In this document: positions 53,601-64,000 of the stretch, piece by piece
How the letters are laid out: each line of letters opens with the position of its first letter
Position numbering within the stretch: position 1 is the stretch's first letter
Source of the DNA: Lama guanicoe
Taxonomy: Eukaryota
Reading direction: 5' to 3'
Length of the DNA: 64,000 nucleotides
Assembly (NCBI GenBank): GCA_013239625.1
Contig: MU054220.1
Location: 8,653,367-8,717,366 of the forward strand
Position numbers and translations under genes: made by a program
Notes under the pieces: generated by a model
What the model saw: only the letters and a program-made list of their open reading frames with translations
Told to the model about the DNA's origin: nothing
The model's database searches: none

Positions 53601-55529
53601 CTGGTACCACCGAGGCTGACGTGCAGGGCACAGTTTAAGAAGCAGGGCTATTGCTCAAGAAATGATTTTGCAGGTATTTCAAGAAGGCCTCTCCAAAAAT
53701 GGACATCTTCCTCTCCCATTCGTTTCCAAGTTACTTAAAATATATCCCTGGATTTTGGAGATCCCTTCCAAACCATTTATTTTTAGAAGGAAAGAAAATG
53801 AGAGAAATAAGAACGAAGAATTCTCAAAAAGTCTCTATTTTCTCAAAAGGCAATAAATTTGCTTTCATATTATAGTTTACCAATTATGTTCAGTTGAATA
53901 AGAAAGCAAATAAAATACCAAATAGTGTTTTAGGTTGCATTTAGGAAAGAAAACTGTACATATTTATTAGATAACTTACGATGTACCCAGAACTATGCTA
54001 GGAGTAGTAGCAGATACCAAAGGTTAAAAGGAGATTCTCTGCTCTCAAAGAATTTATAATTTGATTGAGAATACATAGGCACATCGACATGCACATGCAC
54101 ATAGTCATAGGTTCACTCAACAAAGACTTGTTCAATGACTTCTTTTTCCAGGTGTGATATGAAGACAGCACAGCCATACCCCTTTGTGGCGTGTAAAGAC
54201 CCAATCTGCAACCCACATATTTCAAGTCTATTATGTAGTACATGAAGAGCCAGATATTATGGGTACAATATAAGATCAGGTTAACCTTTGTCTTTTACAT
54301 TTGAGTTGATGAAAATATCTATTTCAATCAGAACTTTATAGCCTTTCAAACTCTTCTTTTGGTATCTGTAACATGTAGTTTCTTAAAATTGACTACATGA
54401 CTACATTGGAACTTCATTCCAATAATTAACAAAATAAATCAAACAACCCAATCAAACAACACGTGGCTTTCTTCCTTTTCCTAATGAGCATGTTGAAGGA
54501 GCTAATGTGCGATCTGTGGGAGCCTTTGTATATGGCGATAACAGTACGCATAAAGGGATTAAAGAATGCACACTATTCTGACCTACAATAAAGAAGCAAT
54601 TGTACAGTCACAGGAAAGTTTTCTTACTGCTAGGAAAGCTTATTTTCAGCATAAAGGCCCAGGAGGAGAGACAAATCATCTGTTGAGGCCCCTTCCATCA
54701 CCAAGGAATATGTTAATATTATGGTTCATGCTGGTTAAGCTGAGTATGTAGTAATATAATTTCTATCACAGAAATCAAGGGCATGTTAAAACATGCGTGT
54801 TCTGAAAGATTCAATTGACTCATCAGATTTTGAAACTTCCTTAAAGGATAGATTTTAGTACAGTAGACTCTAATCTTAGAGAGATTAGACTTTGAATGCC
54901 TCAACCTCACCCTCGGAGATTCGGACGTAATTGGTTTAAGGAAGTGCCTAACTATTGCTCTGTTTAAAAGTGATTTTAAGGTGCTGCCTGAATTGATAAC
55001 CACTGTTTTTAATCTATTCAAAGGAGAACAGTCCCTGTGATAGTAGACGTAGCATCACATAGCCCTGCAAGTCACATGCTGTATAACCTTGCCTACCTTA
55101 TTTAAACTCCCTGAGTCACCTGTCAAATGTAACAGTACATAACTTGCAGGGGATTTTTGCAGATTATTGTTAATTTATGGAAGGTGCCTGGTGCACAGCT
55201 GACTTTAGTGAATTCTTGCAGGTATTGATCATATCTGTGGTGCTGGTGGCTGTGAGTGACGTAGTCCTGGAGGCACTGGTAAAGCACTGGTGACACTCCT
55301 TAGGGAGGGCTGGCTCACAGCACCAGGGGAACTTTGCAAATGTCATGATACAAAGCAAAAACACTACCACAGCCAAAATCAGTGTAAGAGTCAGTTAAAA
55401 TTATTCTCCTCCCTTTTGGAAATGAATCATAGCACCCAATGGATCAATGGAAGTGGTTTCTTGACATTTACATCAAGATAGTAAATAAGCACCTGAAACC
55501 TAACATGCCCAAAACTGAAATCTTCATTT

Positions 55530-56362
55530 CTTTTTAAAATTTAAGACATAATTCACATACCATAAAATTTACCCTTTTAAAGTATATGATTCATTTTTTT
55601 TAGTATATTCACAAAGGTGTGCATTTATAACTACTCTCTAATACCAGAATGGTTTCATCAAACCGAAAAGAAAACCATAACCATTCATGTCCATTCCACT
55701 TTCCTTCCTCCGCTTCCTTCCCCCAGCACTTTGCAAACATCAATCTGCTTTCTGTTTCCATAGGTTTGCTTATCTGGGATATTTCATATAAATGGAATTA
55801 TATAATATATCTTTAGAGTCAGGCTTCTTTCACTTTGCATGTTTTCAAGACTCATGCATGTTGTAGAATGTATTAGTATGTCATTCCTTTTTATGGCCAA
55901 ATAATATTCCATTGTTTAGATATACCTCATTATGTTCATCCATTCATTAGTTGTTGAGCATGTCAGCTGTTTCCACTTTTTGGCTATTATGAATAATGTT
56001 GCTGTGAACACTTGTGTGGAAGTTTTTGTGTGGACATGTTTTCACTTCCCTTCAGAAAGATTCATGTGTTTTTAATGTACATTTAATTTTTTTACATTTG
56101 CATGAATATTTGCTGAATAAATTATCAGAAAGCGGCTGTATTCCCTAGTAAGTGCTAAGCTCAGATGATAACTTTAACTGTTTTTTAAAGCATGATTTTA
56201 CATTCCTGCCAGCAAAGTATGAAGGCTTCAATTTTTTTCATATCTTCTTTAACAGTTCTGATTGTCTTTTTGATATAATCATCCTAATGGGTGTAAAGTG
56301 GTGTCACATTATTGTTTTGATTTCTATTTACCTAATGGCTTAAGATATTCAGTATCCTTTTA
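55530..56362 (-). mobile_element. L1MB-like 3' end
   Basis: ataattcacataccataaaatttacccttttaaagt..catataaatggaat..ttggctattatgaataatgttgctgtgaac. Confidence 0.8.
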
Positions 56363-57211
56363 TTGCAGCACTGTTTAAAATATCAAATGTAATTCATGAG
56401 TCATCTTTCAAAGAACAGATAATGGAAACAAATCTCCAGGATATAATGTAAAGTAAAAAATAAAAAGTTGTGGAATAATGTATGTAGTATACTATCTATT
56501 GAAAATAAAGACGAATACAAACCACACAAACACACCCACACACACAGTCCTATGAAATAACCAGAGAGGGCGACAAGGACCAAAATATACTAAATGTCTC
56601 AACATCTATACTATATGGTAGGCTCTTTTGTTATTCTGCCTCACTTAGTCTTCACAATAATCTCAAAGGAAGGACATTATTATCCCGTTTCACTTGGGAC
56701 ATACTGTGGAAGTCTGTGGGCTCAGCTGCCCACAGCCTCACTCTTTCTTTCTCCTACTTCTCCATCTTTATCCACTTGGCCACAGTACAAGCTGATTTGT
56801 TGCATAAGAACCTAACTCTGACAGGCAGCTCTTGGCTTAGAGGTGAAGGCATGACTCAAATAGGGCTGTGGTGTCAGTAATCTGGAGTTTGGGGATACAG
56901 AGCTGAATAGAGTCTCCCTCCAGGTGGCTGAATATATGTTTGAGATGCCAGAATTCTAAGTAAACAATGACAATTCAATGGCATCAAATCTGGATTCCAT
57001 ACGCTTCTTGACTTTAAAATCTTTCTCCTTAGAACATCACACTTATTCTAAGTGTGGCACTATTTTAGGCACTCTGTGAAATCTAAAAATGATGAGATGA
57101 TAAAAATTAGTAAATGTGTGTGATGCAAATGATGATTAAACATTAAATGCATATAGAAAAATGAAGTTGGATAAAAGACTCCTTAGCTTATGAACACTTA
57201 CATGAATTATC

Positions 57212-57839
57212 AAGACAGTTGCAATTTCCATCACTCCCCAAGAGGTACAAATTTTGAATTCCCAATTTATCCCTTCCCACCCTCTTTATCCTCTGATAAC
57301 CGTAAGTTGTTTTCTACATCTGTGAGTCTGTTTCTGTTTTGTAGATAATATCAGCTATCTTGATTGTGGTGGTGGTTTCATTGGTATATACATCTATCAA
57401 AATTCATCAAATTGTACATCTGAAATATGTGTAGTTTATTGTACAGGAATTATACCATAATAAAGGTGTTAAAAAAAAAGAATGATTTGACTTAGAACAT
57501 TCTTTATTTGTTATTTTATGTTAATAAAAGTTCTAAGTACTTGAAAGCAATTCATTTTAGTAAGTAGGATAAATTTCCCCTCTCGAATTCTATTTATATT
57601 ATTCATTAGCTATAGCAAAACCTTTTTCTTAGACTAAGTCAAAATAGCCCCAATCCCTGTTTGAATGATATCATTTCAAATGACCAGAATCTACATTAAT
57701 TTTATAACATTGTGTATATGAATTGCTAACTGATCGTGAATGATTGACTACCGAATGGTGTGGCTCAAGTTTGTTACAGAAAGACCAATAAACGAGGAAA
57801 TTTGTTTATGAAGAAAAAAAAAAAAGACAGTTGCAATTT
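57212..57839 (+). mobile_element. L1-mediated retroposed insertion with 16-bp TSD and poly(A) tail, carrying mixed/non-L1 cargo
   Basis: aagacagttgcaattt at 57212-57227 and 57824-57839; AATAAA at 57787-57792; A-run just before the second TSD. Confidence 0.8.
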
Positions 57840-59987
57840 GAGTTGGATTGCAAGAGTTGATTTGGCTTTTAATTCTATAATATAAAATCTATTTCTATAG
57901 AAAAACTCAGCATATCCTCCATAGAGGCATACAGAAGGATACTGATTTAAACATTTCAGATAATAGAGAAGAAACAGAGAAAAAAACTAAATATTTATGA
58001 GTAAAGAAAGGAAAACAAACCTACTCTATATCCATGCCATGTAATACCATGTGCAAGTGTAAGGGAATGGGGCATATCTATATGTACTGACATGAAATAA
58101 TTTTTAAGACATACTCTTAAATGAAAATAATCGCATCAAAAGAACATGAGCATATTTGATGCCACTTAAGTTAGACAAAAAAAGGAAAATAGAGATAAAC
58201 ACTGCAAATAGGTGAGGGAGGGAGGGAGGCGAGACAGAGACAGACAGAGAAGATAAAATCAGTAAAAATACATACCAAACGTATAAGTAGTAAACATGCA
58301 GAGCACATGGAAAGGATAAAATAAGATTTTTATTTTTTAAACTACATGTTTATGCACTGATTACTTCTGCATCGACAAATATCTAAATTTTTAGAAAAGG
58401 TGTAAGACTGTCAAGGTCAATTTGGATTATTGATCATATACCCTCTTTGTATATATGTCAACTATACTATCTTAGGTATTTAGAGCCACAAAAACGTTTC
58501 TATATATATTCCAATGATTAGTATATTATATTTTTTACATATGCTTTAAGCAAAACAGTTTGGGGAAAATAACATAATAAAAATGTGATACTATCTATTT
58601 CTAATTTTCTTGACTAAAATAACTTTAAGATACTCTGGAGGCAAAAATCTGGGGTATCTGAGGTTTTGAGTCCAAAAGCTGGATAGATCAATGTAATTTA
58701 TATATAATGGTATTCTGGATTTGCAGGGATAGACACAGAAATATTTAAAAGGTTTACTGAAACCTACATCCTGCATAATTGGCCTTTATTATTATCAAAG
58801 GGATCAAATGGATCATTTTGACATTTGCAGAAAGAAGGACAGAAGCTTCAGATGACAATTCAATTATATTATATATATATTTTAGAATAATCATTTTGCA
58901 CTAGAGGAAAAAGGATTTTGTATGAGTCAACTTTTTTCCCCCCAATCCATAAATATAATGCATCTTGGAGGGTGAAGGAAAATGTAAGGACAGTTTTCAA
59001 AGTTTGCTTCAAGTAATTTCATTACAGCGTTGTCTGCTGATGGATTAAATAGTGTTCAAAGGCATATCGTTCTGTAATGGACTGTAAGTAATTTATTAGA
59101 AATGCATCCAACATTGCATCTGTTTCTCAAAGATGTTCTCTAGTAATTATTTTTGGCTTCCTACCACAGGCGTAACATTAATATTCTAAGACGCTATGTG
59201 GTTTTATTTATAAATTCATCCAATGTTAATGCATTCATCAGAAGCTTTCGATATACTAAGACGCTCACTGTAAACTGTAGCAGTGAACAAATTAATCATA
59301 TTTTTGCTTAAATCTCAATGCTTAATCTTAGTTTGATTAAATAATGTGTTGATGACTTAATAAAAAATTCCAATGAGCTGAATTACTCCCAATGCTAAAA
59401 GCAAGAATTGTTTAATGATTGTGTTTATATACTGTTTTAACCTTCTTTTCCCCATATGCTAAGGTCCCAGACCCTCAAACCATTTTACTTTTACTGATAA
59501 CAAAATCCCATATTGTTATCCTTGATGATGAGCAAATGAATAACTGTTAGTAACAATTTTCTCTTACTTTGCAGATGGGATTGACTCCTGGTGAGACGGC
59601 GCCCACATCCACACAACACGTCTCTCTTGCCTGAATGACATGATTTGTGGGACCGCCATCTCCATTCACAGAGAGCTTCTCAATAGCAGGAGCACCTTCT
59701 AAAGCACAAACAACGTCTCTCAAATTTCTCATTCCTACGGTCCTTACACTACGCACTCCACTGGCATGGGTACCATCTTTGTATCCCCTTTGCTTAAAAA
59801 TCCTTCTGTCTCAGAGAAGATTTTCAGCAGACAAAAATCTTGAAACAAATACTATGTCCAAGCAACTTCTTAGTACTGCTGCATGTATTTTCACTCCAGT
59901 TAGAGGAAAATACTTAAAACATGTGTGTTTTGTTTTTTGTTGTTTTGTTTTGTTTGCTTGTTTTACAGTTCTTTCCCTTAATACACT

Positions 59988-60445
59988 GTGTCAGCTTGGG
60001 TCCTCCAGGAAGCATGTAGCAAAACAAGAGTTAGAAGAGCAAGAGGCTCGTTAGGGGTAATGGCTGTGATAGATAAAGGAGAGTAGGAGTAGGAAGGGAA
60101 AGTCTTTGGACTGTGATTCCATGAAAGAAGAGGAGAAGGAAGGAGGATTGAGGAAGAATGCTCCAGGCTACTGTGCAACTCTGTGAAAGTCTCAACTAGT
60201 TCATTGGACAGCTCTATTGCAAAAATTGCTTGAAGAGGAGTCCTGTGTTGAGCAAAACTGACTAGCTCCTAGTACCCTGCCCATGAGCAGTTATTGGCTT
60301 GGGCTGTCTTGGAAGAGTGTGTCTTCAGCACAAACAGTACCAGTAGAGACCAACAGCCCTGGAAGTAGAAGCTCTATGAACAGCTCTACTTGTTCCAAGT
60401 TCTCTAGTGATGACAATTCTGAATGGCACACCTTTCTGGCTGCCA
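59988..60445 (-). mobile_element. Old ERVL-type LTR (LTR33/LTR16-like)
   Basis: tgtcagcttgggtcctccaggaagca..gagttagaagagcaagagg start, typical of reverse-oriented ERVL LTRs. Confidence 0.5.
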
Positions 60446-61421
60446 TATATATCTCCAATCCCTGACTTCAATGTCAGAAATGCCCTTTCTGGAATTCTCT
60501 GCCTGGCAAACTTCTAGTCTGCTTTCAAACTTATTTTCAATGTCCCCTGTACCTATATTTCGTTTCCTAACTTCACTAGCATGGGAGGTCTTCTACACTT
60601 TGCTTTTTCCATGTCAGTGTGCACTCACCATCAACAGACCCTTGTTTATATTGCATGGGATTTGTATACTAGGACACGATGAAAGTGCCAAATCCCATCA
60701 TATTACAGGGAATGAGTTTAAGACAAGGAAACTATGTAGAAACCTATTTTAGATATCCAAGTGAGCGTTGAATGACCTGAATGACAAGAACAGCAATCAC
60801 AGAAACACTTGAGGAAAACATTAAAATGTCAACTCAGTAAACTAGAAATTTCCCTAACAGCAAAGAATGCTTCCTCTCCATCACTGTATTACTAGAAGCA
60901 TCTGCACAGTATTTTTCACAAATGTACACTCTTTAGGTATTGGTTAGATGGAAATTATCATTTAAAAAATGTACTATGTTTCCATTTGCTTGGTCTCAAA
61001 GAAAAGCATTTTGTGGAATGACAGCATACAGCAGGTCAACTTTTTCAGGGTCAGGGGCTAGGCTGTTCCATCTTTGATTTTCCCTATGGGTTCGAACACA
61101 TCAAAGAAATGGTATTTTTGTTTGTTTGGTTTTTTCTCTAACATAACATATGAAGGAAACAACTGCCTGAAGAGAAACAAAACATTACAATTAAAATGTG
61201 CTGAATTATGATGTTATATGGAAAGCATTTAAATGTGCTGAAATATGTTATATGGAATGTATCTAGGAAATGATATGGAAGTTCATGGAAAAACCTTGAG
61301 TTTGTATCCTATCTCAAACATAGATCTGAAGCTATTTCATCTGAGTATCACCTTCCTTATCAAGAAAACATAAAGAATTATAACACAGGCATTAAATTCC
61401 TAACCCAGTTAGTGTGGGTCT

Positions 61422-61883
61422 AAAAGGAAACACAAATGAAATAATGCCATTGGCAGCAACATGGATGGAGCTAGAGATTATCAGACTAAGTAAAGTAAGT
61501 TAGACAGAGAAAGACAAATATACGATATTACTTATATGTGGGATCTAAAAAAATGACACAAATGAACTTACTTACAAAACAGAAACATATTCACAGACAT
61601 AGAAAACAAACTTACGGTTATCAAGGAGGAAAGGGGAGGGATGAATTAGGAGTTTGGGATAAGCAGATACAAACGACTACATATAAAATAGATAAAATAC
61701 AAGGTACTACTGTATAGCACAGGGAAATATATTCAGTAGCTTGTAATAACCTATCGTGAAAAAGAATATATATACACATATATGTATGTAACTGAATCAC
61801 TATGCTGTATACCAGAAACTAACACAACATTGTAAGTCAACTATACTTCAATTAAAAAATAAAATAAAATAAAAGGAAATACA
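61422..61883 (+). mobile_element. 5'-truncated L1 3' end with TSD
   Basis: L1 ORF2-end/3' UTR sequence, (TAAAA)n tail, flanking aaaaggaaa(c/t)aca direct repeat. Confidence 0.9.
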
Positions 61884-62146
61884 TGTATAGGCATTATACT
61901 ACTATTTAGATGAGAAAAATGATCTGAACCTTTAAAATAAGACAGAGTGGTAGGCAGCATATCCTTTCAATATATTGGGGAAAAGACCAACCAAGGATCA
62001 TCTTAGCTAATGTTCTTACTTCTACTGTTTACTACTAATTAAAGATCATAAATGTAGTGAAGTCACATGTTAACTTGATTTTGTTTAAAAATGTGCCAAA
62101 AATTTCAGTCCAGTTGAACTGAAGCCATTAAACTATCCAAACATTT

Positions 62147-62231
62147 TATATATATATAACATATAATATATATATATAACATAATGTTATATATGTTATA
62201 TATATATTATATATATAAAATATATATTTAT
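62147..62231. repeat. (TA)-rich low-complexity tract
   Basis: Direct reading. Confidence 0.85.
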
Positions 62232-62547
62232 GTGTGTGCATATACACACACAAAATAATCTTTGAACAAGTCGTAACATCTTATTGGCCCCCCTCGCTAA
62301 TTAATGAATTGAATTTAAATTTTGATATGTATTCAGTTTACACATGCATGCGAATCATGGTTTTTAATCTCTTGAAAATTTATGTTTTAACAATAGGCTG
62401 GAATCAGGCTATTTGACTTCAAATCCCTGTTCTACCATTTAATAACCTTGAGCAAATTAATCTCTTTGGATCACTTTTCTTGTATGTAAAATAAGAACAG
62501 TATTTCTTTGTTCATATGACATTACCTGGCAAATAAGCAGTGTTTTA

Positions 62548-62607
62548 AATTTTTCTTTCTTTTTTTCTTACACTTTTTGTTTGTTCTTTTGGGGGGATAA
62601 TTAGGCT

Positions 62608-62675
<68 letters not shown>

Positions 62676-62802
62676 TCCTTCCTTCCTTCCTTCCTTCCTT
62701 CCTTCCTTCCTTCCTTCCTTCCTTTAATGGAGGTGCTGGGCATCGAACCCAGGACTTTGTGCATACTAAGCACACACTCTACCACTGAGATATACCCTTC
62801 CC
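62548..62802 (-). mobile_element. Camelid tRNA-derived SINE (Vic-1 type) with expanded internal (GGAA)n(GAAA)n microsatellite
   Basis: Minus strand reads GGGAAGGGTATATCTCAGTGGTAGAGTGTGTGCTTAGTATGCACAAAGTCCTGGGTTCGATGCCCAGCACCTCC (A and B boxes), then an A-rich linker, CCTAATTATCCCCCC and an A-tail; degenerate TSD agcagt(g/c)ttt. Confidence 0.9.
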
Positions 62803-63327
62803 CGATGAGCAGTCTTTAATGTTTCTTCTCCTTTGATTCTTTCTTCTCCTTCATCTTCTTATACTGTTTATCCAAGAAAATTGGATAAATTTGAAAATTG
62901 TTTAACTATATTGTATATTTTCAGAATGACTTTCCATGGATTTTAATAACCATTCATGTTTTTATTTACTAATTATTTATGTTATCCTACCAAGAGTATT
63001 AAGTACCTCTTGTTCAGGATCTAAGCTGAACAAGATTGTTCCATATTCCTCTTTCCTTGTCTGTTTGCTCTGATGCTTCAATTACTATAATTGCTTTCTC
63101 TCTCAAGTGTGGCATTTCAACCAACCAACAATTTCTGTGACCTCCTGGAATCAGCCCCACATCCACACATATCTTACATCATAGGCAATCACAAGCTATC
63201 ATTCATGCCCTTACTTATTTCTATGACCAGCAAACTGCATCTAGATCTTTCTCACTGATGCCATGTCATAGGAGATACAATAGTATCTAATCAGGGTTGT
63301 TTAGGACTTTATTGGTCTTTCTTTGTG

Positions 63328-63780
63328 TGTCAACTGATGAAAAATTCACCACCTAAAAGTCATGAGTTATGTTTTATTAAGGAACCTTACTGAGAACTAT
63401 AGCCCACAAGACTCTCTCAGGCAGCTCTGAGGAACTTCTCCAAAGAGGTAAGGGAGGATCCAGGATACTTAGGAGTTTTTTTTAGAAAAAAAACAAAAAA
63501 GAAAGTAAAAATGTGTACTCCAACATCAAAAGATTACTGCTAATCACAAAAAGAGGCATCTCAAGTTAATGATTTTAGTACTTTTCATGTATGGGAAGAT
63601 GCAAGAGTCTGGGCTCACTGAATTATTCCTTAGATATGCATCTTAACTTATCTAGGGCCAGTATCTAGGTTTTTCCCCATCCTGAATTCCCCTAGGGACC
63701 AACCTTCCAGGCAGCTACAGTGGCTGATGGCAGACAGCATTCCTTGTTTACTGAAATAGCAGGCAATGATTTTTGTCTGC
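63328..63780 (-). mobile_element. ERV LTR, same family as 14354-14834
   Basis: Direct similarity to the 14.4 kb element within this window. Confidence 0.7.
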
Positions 63781-64000
63781 CTTTGTAAAGAAACAAATGA
63801 AAATAATGAAATGCGGCAGTTTGGTCATACAGTCATATATATCCTTTTAAATTGGGGTTTGGGGAATCTTACAGCTTTATTTTGCTAATAGTAGTGGTAG
63901 CACAGTAAGAATAACTTACGGATGGATGACACCTGACAGATTTCACACGTTTGCTTCCCCATTGTCTCCGTGAATCCTTTATACAATTTCTGTGATTTAT

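Noticed and set aside
59647..60054. 135-aa plus-strand ORF
   Set aside because: Non-ATG start, runs through low-complexity (TTTTG)n into an old LTR; no recognisable protein
61191..61258. Short ~35-bp imperfect tandem repeat
   Set aside because: Ordinary slippage duplication; two copies, no array or spacer structure
62522..62785. Lys/Glu/Arg-rich ORFs
   Set aside because: Translation of a SINE plus (GAAA)n/(GGAA)n microsatellite
62728..62802. tRNA gene
   Set aside because: The tRNA-like head is followed by a SINE body, A-tail and TSD, so it is a SINE

Overview
AT-rich mammalian genomic DNA, almost certainly camelid (Camelus/Vicugna/Lama), judged from a Vic-1-type tRNA-derived SINE at ~62.55-62.80 kb and camelid/artiodactyl-type L1 3' ends. 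I recognise no intact protein-coding gene; the supplied ORFs are mostly chance ORFs or repeat fragments. The window is dominated by solo ERV/MaLR LTRs (dense in the first 24 kb), L1 and L2 fragments, MIR, MER5/MER58 and an internally deleted Tigger1. Three things stand out. (1) About 15 small GT-AG-bounded exon-like segments lie on the minus strand at ~30.4-37.0 kb. Read with a few frameshifts, they give TBC (Rab-GAP) domain motifs in the correct order and resemble TBC1D13/TBC1D5. This looks like a decayed, intron-containing TBC gene that the ORF track does not show. (2) Three near-identical head-to-tail tandem duplications (0.42, 1.86 and 2.27 kb) have blunt junctions and may be assembly artefacts. 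(3) A TSD-flanked, poly(A)-tailed retroposed segment at 57.2-57.8 kb carries non-L1 sequence. Family names and protein resemblances come from recall and visual alignment, not database searches.
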